Position numbers and translations under genes: made by a program. Source: Escherichia phage vB-Eco-KMB43. From it: a stretch of 64,000 bases of DNA. The stretch is from sequence record OR525698.1; one strand, 5' to 3'. This document shows positions 1 through 7,943 of the stretch, piece after piece; positions within the stretch are counted from its first letter, which is position 1, and each line of letters begins with the position of its first letter. The notes beneath the pieces were generated by a model that saw only the letters and a program-made list of their open reading frames with translations, did no database searches and was not told the origin of the DNA.

Positions 1-119
1 TCTAGATATGTAAACATACCATCAATATTAGGTCTTTGTTCGTAACTCCAACAATCACGCAAAATACGCTTTTCGTATTCGCCAACCAACGCATAGGTCT
101 TACCTTCTTCCCATTTCAT
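1..119 (-). CDS. hypothetical protein, N-terminal part only (gene runs off the left edge)
   Basis: ATG at 119 follows the stop of the upstream ORF (TAATATTATG). The N-terminus MKWEEGKTYAL is paralogous to MKWELGKMYTL of ORF 124..612. Confidence 0.5.
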   Translation of the reverse strand, partial: MKWEEGKTYALVGEYEKRILRDCWSYEQRPNIDGMFTYL

Positions 120-123
120 AATA

Positions 124-612
124 TTATCTCTCATTTTTGATACGTGATTCTAATTGGATCATACGGTCGCGCGTTTGCTTGTATTCACGGATAGCACCGA
201 TCCGGCTAGGCATACCATCTAGGACGCTCTTAATCCCTTCTAGGGTAGTGATTTTAGCAATGCTATTATGTAACCCCATCTTATCGATCAACTGAATGTC
301 GTAGGCTTCCATAAGCAGACCCAGACGTTCTAAGGTTAGATCTGGTTCTTTAACTTCTTTAAAGAATCGACGTTCACCAGCCCAAAACCACGCACCGTGC
401 GCACCAATTGGAGTGTCTCGAACAGAAATACATTTACCATCACTTAACGAGATTTCAAGAACATGACCCTCATTACTCATAACCTCGACTGTAAAAGGAC
501 GTCCATCAAGAAACTCAGCAACTTGACGGTTGATTGACAGTTCAGATTTGGTAAATTCTGCTTTCTTCTCATCACCATCAAGAGTGTACATCTTACCCAA
601 TTCCCATTTCAT
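124..612 (-). CDS. hypothetical protein (162 aa)
   Basis: ORF track gives 124..621. I moved the start to ATG 612, which is preceded by GAGGTGA directly after the nrdG stop. No family recognised. Confidence 0.7.
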   Translation of the reverse strand: MKWELGKMYTLDGDEKKAEFTKSELSINRQVAEFLDGRPFTVEVMSNEGHVLEISLSDGKCISVRDTPIGAHGAWFWAGERRFFKEVKEPDLTLERLGLLMEAYDIQLIDKMGLHNSIAKITTLEGIKSVLDGMPSRIGAIREYKQTRDRMIQLESRIKNER

Positions 613-622
613 AGCAATCACC

Positions 623-1126
623 TCAAATAATTTTTACTGGAATACTATTAACAATCTTGTATTGTACTTGATTGTCAGACCCCCGCCACGGCTTCTTCGT
701 TGGCATATCTTTAATATAACGACCATCGATGAACATGTCAACTGATTCTACAATTTTTCTTTGCTCATCATTCAATTGGTCAAGGGTATAACCAGACCAT
801 AGCCAAATATCTTTATTTGGCATCCATGATTTTACTTCATCGATGATCCGCTGTACACCCTTTAAATTGCGTTTATACAGTGGATCTCCACCTAAGAATG
901 TTAGCCCCTGAATAAAATCAGGTCTAAGCAGATCCAGAATCAATCCCATTGTATCATCGGTGAATGGTTCCCCGTTCTTAGGATTGAGTAGACTAGCATT
1001 AAAGCAACCATCACATGCGTGTGAACATCCGGTAACGTAAAGGGAGACTCTCACTCCCTCACCGTTAACCATATCACAATCTTTAATATCGGCATAGCGT
1101 AATTTGCCGTATGTATCAGAACTCAT
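623..1126 (-). CDS. nrdG: anaerobic ribonucleotide reductase activating protein (radical SAM)
   Basis: CxxxCxxC cluster motif (CSHACDGC). Resembles recalled T4 NrdG (VTGC.H.C.GC.N). Adjacent to nrdD. ATG 1126 preferred over TTG 1132. Confidence 0.9.
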   Translation of the reverse strand: MSSDTYGKLRYADIKDCDMVNGEGVRVSLYVTGCSHACDGCFNASLLNPKNGEPFTDDTMGLILDLLRPDFIQGLTFLGGDPLYKRNLKGVQRIIDEVKSWMPNKDIWLWSGYTLDQLNDEQRKIVESVDMFIDGRYIKDMPTKKPWRGSDNQVQYKIVNSIPVKII

Positions 1127-1268
1127 ATTCAATTACCCCGAACTCGTTTACAATCTGCGCTTTATAGTAACCACCGCGAGATGCTAATAGATAAGCTGGG
1201 CTTAGGTATTCGTATTCGCGGATTTCTACTTGTGCGTTTTCAGTTTCCCAAATCAGTAAAGTCCACAT
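1116..1268 (-). CDS. small hypothetical protein (50 aa)
   Basis: The track ORF 1116..1343 reads through a promoter cassette. The real start is ATG 1268, preceded by AGGAGAATCAAAT. Confidence 0.6.
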   Translation of the reverse strand: MWTLLIWETENAQVEIREYEYLSPAYLLASRGGYYKAQIVNEFGVIEYEF

Positions 1269-1310
1269 ATTTGATTCTCCTGTAAAGTTGTATCTCGTCT
1301 TGATGAATAT

Positions 1311-1339
1311 AGTATAGGGGATCGCGAGATCCCCGTCAA
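1311..1339 (-). promoter_or_regulatory. sigma70-type early promoter cassette
   Basis: Minus strand: TTGACG-17-TATACT. The spacer is the palindrome GGGGATCTCGCGATCCCC. A conserved leader runs to AGGAGAATCAAATATG. Confidence 0.75.
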
Positions 1340-1357
1340 GCATTTATTTTAAAAATC

Positions 1358-1897
1358 TCAAAGTATTCTTTCTAGCCATTCGCGACCAGTCATATGAGTA
1401 CCCGCAATCATAAAATTATGGTCTGGCGAGGACCGAAACATATCTAAAATAAACTTCCGACATTCCTCATAGTCATCACGTTTAAGATAGACCACGTTCT
1501 CGCCAGTGCCAATAACTCCTTTACGATAGCCATGTTCTTTACGCGTAGACCATTGCACAGTATCCTTTTTAACTCGAATCACGATTGGTTCCCAATATCC
1601 AGCACATCCAGCATGACCACACGAACAAGTAAGGAAGTATTGACCCTTTGCTTTGTTCTCATCCCATCCAACATTAATCGGATAACATTCATGAAACAAT
1701 GCTAAAACATCATGTGTCTCGTCAATATCTTTATCGTCAATTCGTGCAGTAAACACCCAAACAGGGATCTTATTACCTATTGGTTCATAATCATCGCCCC
1801 ACTCGTCATAAATAGTTTCTAAGGTCATATCAATATTGATTGATTTTGCCGCGTCAATATGTCGTTGTGCTTTACGTTTACGGTTTAATGATTTCAT
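1358..1897 (-). CDS. hypothetical Cys-rich protein (179 aa)
   Basis: Long ORF. ATG 1897 lies after GAGGTGA. Contains a CSCGHAGCAGYW motif. No family recognised. Confidence 0.7.
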   Translation of the reverse strand: MKSLNRKRKAQRHIDAAKSINIDMTLETIYDEWGDDYEPIGNKIPVWVFTARIDDKDIDETHDVLALFHECYPINVGWDENKAKGQYFLTCSCGHAGCAGYWEPIVIRVKKDTVQWSTRKEHGYRKGVIGTGENVVYLKRDDYEECRKFILDMFRSSPDHNFMIAGTHMTGREWLERIL

Positions 1898-1914
1898 AGT
1901 CACCTCACATTATT

Positions 1915-2454
1915 TCAAAGATCGCGATATTGTACATTATGAAAATGAGAACTTGCATTACCAATATTGTAGATAACAAATTCTTCATCCGGCGCTTGCG
2001 CTACAAATTGAGTATGAGCAACCGCCACAACCTTAAAAATACGATCCGTGATCTTGTGTTTAATTTCTGCCCCTACTTCCATAGGAACATATTCATTTGT
2101 TTCTGTTTCAGTCGCAAAACAGCCATCTTCTTCATAAGCACGAACAAATCGGTCGCAATCAGTACGCTTAACAAATTCAAGAGTATATAATTCTCGTGAA
2201 TTGTCGGTATAGACCAATACAGAATTATTATGATAGCGAATCACATACAGGTTATTATCATCGTCAATTACGCAAAAGCTACGGATTCCTTCGCCTTGAC
2301 TCCAGCAGATATTAACCACCGTTCCTCTAATAAAAAAACTTTCCTTTAAATTAAAACTAGCCAATGTGCTAGCGTGCATTTTAACAACAACGCCATCACC
2401 AATTTCCAGTTTACGAAGTTTAACTTCTTTGCTCAGTACACAAAACATCATCAT
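1915..2454 (-). CDS. hypothetical protein (179 aa)
   Basis: Long ORF directly downstream of promoter cassette 2484..2511. SD is GAGGATAAC. Confidence 0.7.
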   Translation of the reverse strand: MMMFCVLSKEVKLRKLEIGDGVVVKMHASTLASFNLKESFFIRGTVVNICWSQGEGIRSFCVIDDDNNLYVIRYHNNSVLVYTDNSRELYTLEFVKRTDCDRFVRAYEEDGCFATETETNEYVPMEVGAEIKHKITDRIFKVVAVAHTQFVAQAPDEEFVIYNIGNASSHFHNVQYRDL

Positions 2455-2483
2455 GTTATCCTCTCGTTGTTTTCGATGTGAGC

Positions 2484-2511
2484 ATTATACATTAGCTAAT
2501 CAGGTTGTCAA
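2484..2511 (-). promoter_or_regulatory. sigma70-type early promoter cassette
   Basis: TTGACA-16-TATAAT, immediately downstream of terminator 2521..2549. Confidence 0.8.
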
Positions 2512-2520
2512 CACCCCAAA

Positions 2521-2549
2521 ACGAAAAAGCCGACCCTTTCGGATCGGCT
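2521..2549 (-). terminator. intrinsic terminator after nrdD
   Basis: Minus strand: GCCGATCC-GAAA-GGGTCGGC (8-bp stem, GNRA loop) followed by TTTTTCGTTTT. Confidence 0.85.
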
Positions 2550-2554
2550 GAAAA

Positions 2555-4417
2555 TTACATGTGCTTAACGCGGTTTACCATCTCGGAGTGTTTCCCGTGG
2601 TTAAATGGACGCAGATCAACAGATCCAAGATATCCACTAACGCGACGGATAACATTCATCTTTTCCAGATTGTCATTGCCGCAATCAGGGCAAACAAAAC
2701 CAGACTCGGTCGCTCTCATTTCCTTATTAGATCCGCATACATGACATACATCAGAAGGAGTATTAACACCGAAGTAGTGCAATTTATCCATTGCATAGTC
2801 TACTACAGTTTCAAGACCTTTCAGGTTGTTTTTCATGTCTGGGAACTCAACATAAGAGATCATGCCACCGGACGCCAGCCAGTGATAATCTTTCTCAAAG
2901 TCGATTTTCTCAAACGGTGTGACTTTCCGGTCTACGTCAAGGTGGAATGAGTTGGTGTACCAGTCTTTATCGGTAGCACCCTTAACAATACCAAATTGCT
3001 CTCGGTCCAGTCGATTAAATCGATAGCAAAGGCTCTCGGCTGGAGTACCGTAAAGACTAAACCCAAGTCCGGTTTCGTCCTTCCATTTTTCAGTATAATG
3101 ACGCAAGATCTTAAGAATATGTTTACCGTATCGCTGCGCATCTTCCGAATCAAACGGATGAACACCAAACAGGACGCTCAATACCTCATGTAAACCAATA
3201 TATCCAAGAGAGATACTAGCGCGACCATCTTTCAACACTTCCAAAATTTCATCGTTTTGATGAATACGGAAAAACGCACCTTCGGTATACAGTACAGGAG
3301 CAACATTGGCTTTAGCACCTTTTAAAGCGTCTACGCGACTCATGAGCGCATCAAAGCAAATAGGCATACGATTAGCTAGCTCTTGTTCGAATAGCTCAAT
3401 TCTGCGCATTACAGACGCTTTACCAGCACGACGCGCGGCAATAAGGGCAATACGCGGAAGATTCAGAGTCACAACACCTAAGTTATTACGTCCGTCTAAT
3501 ACTTCCTCGCCTTTCTCATTATGCCACACACCCAGGAAGCTACGACAACCCATCGGGCTAACCGGAACACTAGATCCGGTGATACTACGGTTATTCTTCG
3601 CAGAGATATAATCAGGGTAAAGACGCTTACTAGAACATTCCAATGCAAGTTGCTTAATGTCGTAGTTCGGATCTTCCGGTTTAAGGTTTAATCCTTCTTC
3701 TAAGAACATCACCAGCTTAGGAAACACCGGAGTGATACCATCTTTACCTAAACCTTTAGTTCGAACGTTCAGGATCGCTTTCTGAATCAGTTTTTCTTCC
3801 CAGCTAGTCCCCATACCAAATGTTAAAGTCACAAAAGGTGTTTGACCGTTGGTGGAGAACAAAGTGTTGATTTCATATTCCAACGCTTGATACCCGTCTA
3901 GCGTTTCTTTTTCTGTCTTCTCTTGTGCATAGAGAGTATCCGCTTTGATTCCGTAGGTTTCGGCATCAGCAAGGTGTTTATGATATGTTTTCTCAACGTA
4001 TGGCGCTAAAACCTGATCGATGTTTGCAATTGTGGTCCCGCCATATTGATGACTTGCCACCTGTGCGATAATTTGAGCGGTTACAGCACAAGCAACGCCG
4101 ATTGATTTCGGACTTTCGATTTGTGCGCTACCCAATTTAAAACCATTCTCTAACATGTCTTTGAGGTTAACAAGACAGCAGTTAGTAAACGGCATAGCGG
4201 GTGCATAATCCATATCATGATAATGAATGTCACCGTCTACATGCGCTTTATAGATGTGCTCAGGTAACACGGTTTTAGCAATCTGTTTAGACACAGCACC
4301 AGCAATCAGATCTCGACGTGTCGGGAATGTTCGCGCGTCTTTGTTCGCGTTCTCTTTGCTTACTTCGTTTTCTTTACCCGTTGCGATCTCTGTAATGTCT
4401 TTGATTAGTTTTTCCAT
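2555..4417 (-). CDS. nrdD: anaerobic ribonucleoside-triphosphate reductase, class III
   Basis: 620 aa. C-terminal Zn-ribbon (CHVCG...CPDCG) and glycyl-radical motif RRVSGYLG. Uninterrupted, with no intron. Confidence 0.95.
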   Translation of the reverse strand: MEKLIKDITEIATGKENEVSKENANKDARTFPTRRDLIAGAVSKQIAKTVLPEHIYKAHVDGDIHYHDMDYAPAMPFTNCCLVNLKDMLENGFKLGSAQIESPKSIGVACAVTAQIIAQVASHQYGGTTIANIDQVLAPYVEKTYHKHLADAETYGIKADTLYAQEKTEKETLDGYQALEYEINTLFSTNGQTPFVTLTFGMGTSWEEKLIQKAILNVRTKGLGKDGITPVFPKLVMFLEEGLNLKPEDPNYDIKQLALECSSKRLYPDYISAKNNRSITGSSVPVSPMGCRSFLGVWHNEKGEEVLDGRNNLGVVTLNLPRIALIAARRAGKASVMRRIELFEQELANRMPICFDALMSRVDALKGAKANVAPVLYTEGAFFRIHQNDEILEVLKDGRASISLGYIGLHEVLSVLFGVHPFDSEDAQRYGKHILKILRHYTEKWKDETGLGFSLYGTPAESLCYRFNRLDREQFGIVKGATDKDWYTNSFHLDVDRKVTPFEKIDFEKDYHWLASGGMISYVEFPDMKNNLKGLETVVDYAMDKLHYFGVNTPSDVCHVCGSNKEMRATESGFVCPDCGNDNLEKMNVIRRVSGYLGSVDLRPFNHGKHSEMVNRVKHM

Positions 4418-4429
4418 TGTATCACCTAT

Positions 4430-4453
4430 GAAAAAGCGGGATTTCTCCCGCTC
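4430..4453 (-). terminator. hairpin / terminator between ORF 4462..4956 and nrdD
   Basis: AGCGGGA-GAAA-TCCCGCT followed by TTTTC. The nrdD SD (AGGTGA) starts 3 nt later and no promoter intervenes. Confidence 0.6.
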
Positions 4454-4461
4454 GTTGATAG

Positions 4462-4956
4462 TTATTTTACCAGTTCTGCTAATTCTTTTTCCGCCGCTTC
4501 CAGTTCAGCTTTCAGTTGTTTGATCTCTTGTCGCTTCTTATTAGCGGCTTCCTGCTTACTATTTCGGATAATCTGATCTAGATATGAATCCCACTCCTGA
4601 ATATTTTTGATAATGTAACCGTCAACATTAATTGGTCGGAGATTTAGTACAGCTTCCAGTTTAGTTGCAAAAACTTTAATTGCTGGTGTGAAGTATTCAT
4701 ACTCGTTATCTTCAAACCAATAGCCTAGACTTGCATTCTCAATACGAAGACGAAGTTCAAGATCAAGGTCTTTATCTTCGGTGTAAAGATCTTGCACATG
4801 CCCCATCGAACTAACAACAACTTTAAAACGAATTTTATCAACACCACCAAACACACCAGTAAGTATACCAGCAATTGAGCTATTAGCGCAAGATTGGTCG
4901 CTGAATGCGTCAAGGTTTTCTTTAGTTACAGTATACCAAACATCTTGTACCCACAT
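4462..4956 (-). CDS. hypothetical protein, member of the local FKV...NE.YF domain family with a C-terminal coiled coil
   Basis: Has its own promoter cassette. The FKVVVSSMGHV...DNEYEYF segment and the K/E-rich C-terminal helix resemble ORFs 5011..6189 and 6246..6812. Confidence 0.7.
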   Translation of the reverse strand: MWVQDVWYTVTKENLDAFSDQSCANSSIAGILTGVFGGVDKIRFKVVVSSMGHVQDLYTEDKDLDLELRLRIENASLGYWFEDNEYEYFTPAIKVFATKLEAVLNLRPINVDGYIIKNIQEWDSYLDQIIRNSKQEAANKKRQEIKQLKAELEAAEKELAELVK

Positions 4957-4986
4957 AATATAATCCTCTCGTTGTTAAGTGGGAGT

Positions 4987-5014
4987 ATTATAGCATACTC
5001 CCTTCGCATGTCAA
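4987..5014 (-). promoter_or_regulatory. sigma70-type early promoter cassette
   Basis: TTGACA-16-TATAAT. The -35 contains the TGA stop of ORF 5011..6189. Inverted repeat GGGAGTAT/ATACTCCC flanks the -10. Confidence 0.8.
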
Positions 5015-6189
5015 ACACTAACTTTTTTCTTTACTGCTTTCACCTTCTGGCGAATTGCTCGAATCTCTTCGATCTCTTTTTCAGTCTCTTTAACAATTTC
5101 TTTGCGATTCTGAATATCTGTATCTAGATTCTCATCGAGTTTAGGAAGCATGTCGATCAAGAACTTTTTAAGGTCTTTCAGGTTGCGAATAACAGTACCT
5201 TCACCCATTACCGCAACACCCACACCATCCGGCAGATCACCAAACAGCTTAACCAGTTCAGACAGATGATCATGATCTTCTAGTGCTTCTTCCGGTTCAG
5301 ATGGCAGTTCAACAAAGTTATAACGTTCATCATTGCTGATCAAGTGATACCAGCAAAGCCCGAAAGATTTCGGTGTATATTCTACACCATCAATTTCAAC
5401 CGCGTCAACACTTCCATAATCATCTACTTTAGTTACCTTAAATCCTTGTCCCAGCTTTTGAACAATTTCAACAACATGACTTGATACAGTTTCAGCGGTA
5501 AACCAATATGGCAAATTATGCTGATTTGGCTTGTAGCGTTCACCTACTTTAAATCTCTGACCATCCGCTTGCATAGCATGAAATTGTTGTTGCGTGATTT
5601 CCGCGAAGTATTCAAATTCGCTACCGTCAAACAAGCAATTCCATTGATCACAAAAACGATCTGCCTTAACAGTTTCACCTTTCGCGGTGATCATGGTAGC
5701 TGATCCGTGCAATTCTTCTTCAACTAAAAAGCCATATTCGACAAAATCAACAAGTTTCATAGCTTCTTTGTGATCTGGATCATGCTCTCCCCAGAATCGC
5801 TTAAATTCTTGCAAACCTTCTGGGGTAAACGAATAACATTTACCTTTTTCAAAGTAAGTCGGCATTGCATCCTCTTTCTTGTTCATCGCTTCGTATGCCT
5901 CTTTTGAGATACGTTTAAAGTATTTGCGCTCATTGTTCATAATCATAGTAGCCCAATAATCCACAATATCATTAGCGGAATAAACTACATCTCCAGCTTC
6001 AATAGTAATAACATGACCGTGGTCATCTTTTTCTAATACTTTAAAGCCCTTTTCTACGATTTCAGCAACCCGAATATGACCACGGCGCGAAGCATCGGTC
6101 AGAATAATTGAATAGCGAGAAAAGTCTAGAAACTCATCTTTACCGCCTTCACGGAATGCATAGTAATGACCTTCAAAGAATTTAGCCAT
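5011..6189 (-). CDS. hypothetical protein with three tandem copies of a ~90-aa domain plus a coiled-coil tail
   Basis: Internal repeats: GFKVLEKDDHGHV..NERKYFKRI, GFLVEEELHG..SEFEYFAEI, GFKVTKVDDYGSV..NDERYNFVEL. Has its own promoter cassette. Confidence 0.75.
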   Translation of the reverse strand: MAKFFEGHYYAFREGGKDEFLDFSRYSIILTDASRRGHIRVAEIVEKGFKVLEKDDHGHVITIEAGDVVYSANDIVDYWATMIMNNERKYFKRISKEAYEAMNKKEDAMPTYFEKGKCYSFTPEGLQEFKRFWGEHDPDHKEAMKLVDFVEYGFLVEEELHGSATMITAKGETVKADRFCDQWNCLFDGSEFEYFAEITQQQFHAMQADGQRFKVGERYKPNQHNLPYWFTAETVSSHVVEIVQKLGQGFKVTKVDDYGSVDAVEIDGVEYTPKSFGLCWYHLISNDERYNFVELPSEPEEALEDHDHLSELVKLFGDLPDGVGVAVMGEGTVIRNLKDLKKFLIDMLPKLDENLDTDIQNRKEIVKETEKEIEEIRAIRQKVKAVKKKVSV

Positions 6190-6220
6190 AATATAATCCT
6201 CTCGTTGTTTAGATGGGAGT

Positions 6221-6249
6221 ATCTTACTACTCCCGTTTCATCATGTCAA
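6221..6249 (-). promoter_or_regulatory. sigma70-type early promoter cassette
   Basis: TTGACA-17-TAAGAT. The -35 contains the TGA stop of ORF 6246..6812. Inverted repeat GGGAGTA/TACTCCC flanks the -10. Confidence 0.75.
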
Positions 6250-6812
6250 GCGTTAAATGACTTTTGGATCTCTTTCAGTTCAGCTACTTTATCGGCGCTA
6301 TATTTTGCTTGATGTTCCATGCGCTTAAGCTCACCTTTGATATAGGTTTCTAGCTTAGGTTTATTCTCAATCAGAAAATCTTTCAAGTCATCGGCATTTT
6401 TAAAGTATAGCTGATTGTCAAAGCTAAAATCTTCCAGCGTCAATGATACCAAAGAAGACTTCGCAAACAAGTTAATCAGACCTTCCAGAGATTCTTCTTT
6501 CTTAACTGGTTTCATTTCTTCAAACTGCTTTTTAGTGATGCGTTTAAAGTATTTGCGCTCGTTTGCAGCAATCAGAACAGATGCACCTTCATACCCATGA
6601 GTTTCTACCAGATACACACGCCCCATCGCATCAACAGTGAGAACTTTAAAGCCGTTACAAAGCACGTCATACAAGAACTTATTATGTTGCGGACATCGTT
6701 TGATAAATTCTGCGGCTGTTTCTGCACTACGGAAAGTGTAATAACGACCTCGTTCAAAAACAGCATCATTTGAAGACTTAGCCGGATACAATTTATACGT
6801 TTTCTGTACCAT
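6246..6812 (-). CDS. hypothetical protein, one copy of the same domain plus a coiled-coil tail
   Basis: GFKVLTVDAMGRV..NERKYFKRITKKQFEEM. Start moved to ATG 6812 after GAGGATTATATT. Confidence 0.7.
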   Translation of the reverse strand: MVQKTYKLYPAKSSNDAVFERGRYYTFRSAETAAEFIKRCPQHNKFLYDVLCNGFKVLTVDAMGRVYLVETHGYEGASVLIAANERKYFKRITKKQFEEMKPVKKEESLEGLINLFAKSSLVSLTLEDFSFDNQLYFKNADDLKDFLIENKPKLETYIKGELKRMEHQAKYSADKVAELKEIQKSFNA

Positions 6813-6838
6813 AATATAATCCTCTATCATTTCACTAA

Positions 6839-7099
6839 TTAAACAGCACGGAACAGAATGCGCTCACACGGAAGCAGCATAAATTCCCAACGCGGGTCAA
6901 AGTCTTTAGCGGTGTATGTTTTCCCATCAACCGCTATTTCACTTACATAACCAACAGGTGACACTTTAAGAACAGTAAACCCATTCTTGATGACTTCGTA
7001 GGTATCTTTCACCCCTTCGTATTCATCATCTAAGAAGTCTTTATGTGCTTGCTCAGATTTAAAAACATAGGCCACACCGGATTTAAACATCTTACGCAT
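6839..7099 (-). CDS. hypothetical protein, single copy of the same domain (86 aa)
   Basis: GFTVLKVSPVGYVSEIAVDG. The track ORF 6839..7159 reads through the promoter. ATG 7099 follows AAGGAGAATCAACA. Confidence 0.65.
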   Translation of the reverse strand: MRKMFKSGVAYVFKSEQAHKDFLDDEYEGVKDTYEVIKNGFTVLKVSPVGYVSEIAVDGKTYTAKDFDPRWEFMLLPCERILFRAV

Positions 7100-7130
7100 T
7101 GTTGATTCTCCTTCTTGATTAGATGGGAGT

Positions 7131-7159
7131 ATTTTACTACTCCCATTTCTTATTGTCAA
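7131..7159 (-). promoter_or_regulatory. sigma70-type early promoter cassette
   Basis: TTGACA-17-TAAAAT. Inverted repeat TGGGAGTA/TACTCCCA flanks the -10. Confidence 0.75.
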
Positions 7160-7162
7160 CTA

Positions 7163-7636
7163 CTATCTTAATCTTTGTATGAATTGTTTCTTATACTTCT
7201 TCGTGATTTCTTCTCGTGTATCAGCGTCACAGTAATCGAAACCTTCTGCGTCCATAATATCAACCATCTCCGCGCGTGTCAAGCGTGAAAATCGTTTTAC
7301 TTTATCAACGGCATATTGAGGATGTAAATGATTGTTGGTGTAGTCTCCTTTGATGTAATTAACATAGTTTGTAGCCCAAACAACGAAATCAGCACCTAAA
7401 GCACCAACACCAAACCGTTTAAAGTCTCCGGTCAACGATCCTTCTAGGCGGTTGCAACACGAATGAAGCAATCCCCTTACTCGGCCTTGCCCTTTCCCAT
7501 CTAGATCATGATCATGGTCAAGATGGTTTTTGCTCATATCCTCAAAAAGTGGCAATTGACAAAGGGGGCAAATGCCCCCCTGTTTTTCGAATAGTTCTTG
7601 TTTGTACTCTTTAGCACTCTTAGCAGTCAGTAACAT
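7163..7636 (-). CDS. 49: recombination endonuclease VII (Holliday junction resolvase)
   Basis: MLLT.K...C.LC...HLDHDH...G..RGLL...CN..EG matches recalled T4 gp49 in sequence and length (157 aa). Confidence 0.9.
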   Translation of the reverse strand: MLLTAKSAKEYKQELFEKQGGICPLCQLPLFEDMSKNHLDHDHDLDGKGQGRVRGLLHSCCNRLEGSLTGDFKRFGVGALGADFVVWATNYVNYIKGDYTNNHLHPQYAVDKVKRFSRLTRAEMVDIMDAEGFDYCDADTREEITKKYKKQFIQRLR

Positions 7637-7660
7637 AAATTCACCCTCCAAAGAAGGTAT

Positions 7661-7942
7661 TTAACCATTAATCTTGTTTTTGACTACAAAGGATCGGAAC
7701 TCATCAAAACCACCGATATAATCACCGTCATAGAAAATCTGCGGCATGGTGGCAATAACTTCTACCCCTGCGCGATCCTGAATGTCGGCAATGATAGAAT
7801 CAATCTTTACCGGACGACCGTTTTCGTCTACACCATCATTAACCGGAATGTAGATGTAAGGGATCTTACGCGATTCACAAAGGCGCTTTGCATTCTGGCA
7901 ATACTTACAGTTGTAACCTTCAAAACCAAAAATTTCTACCAT
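7661..7942 (-). CDS. nrdC: glutaredoxin/thioredoxin (NrdC-like)
   Basis: CKYCQNAKRL redox motif. The MPQIF..G..IGGFD.. tail is as in T4 NrdC. ATG 7942 follows GAGGTATAAC. Confidence 0.85.
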   Translation of the reverse strand: MVEIFGFEGYNCKYCQNAKRLCESRKIPYIYIPVNDGVDENGRPVKIDSIIADIQDRAGVEVIATMPQIFYDGDYIGGFDEFRSFVVKNKING

Positions 7943-7943
7943 G

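Noticed and set aside
1116-1343. N-terminal extensions proposed by the ORF track for 1116..1343, 6839..7159, 11440..11775, 13531..13767, 15895..16392, 19447..19941 and 19874..20269.
   Set aside because: The extensions read straight through -35/-10 promoter elements and conserved leaders. In each case an internal ATG is preceded at 5 to 9 nt by the conserved AAGGAGAATCA or GAGGATTATATT ribosome-binding site.
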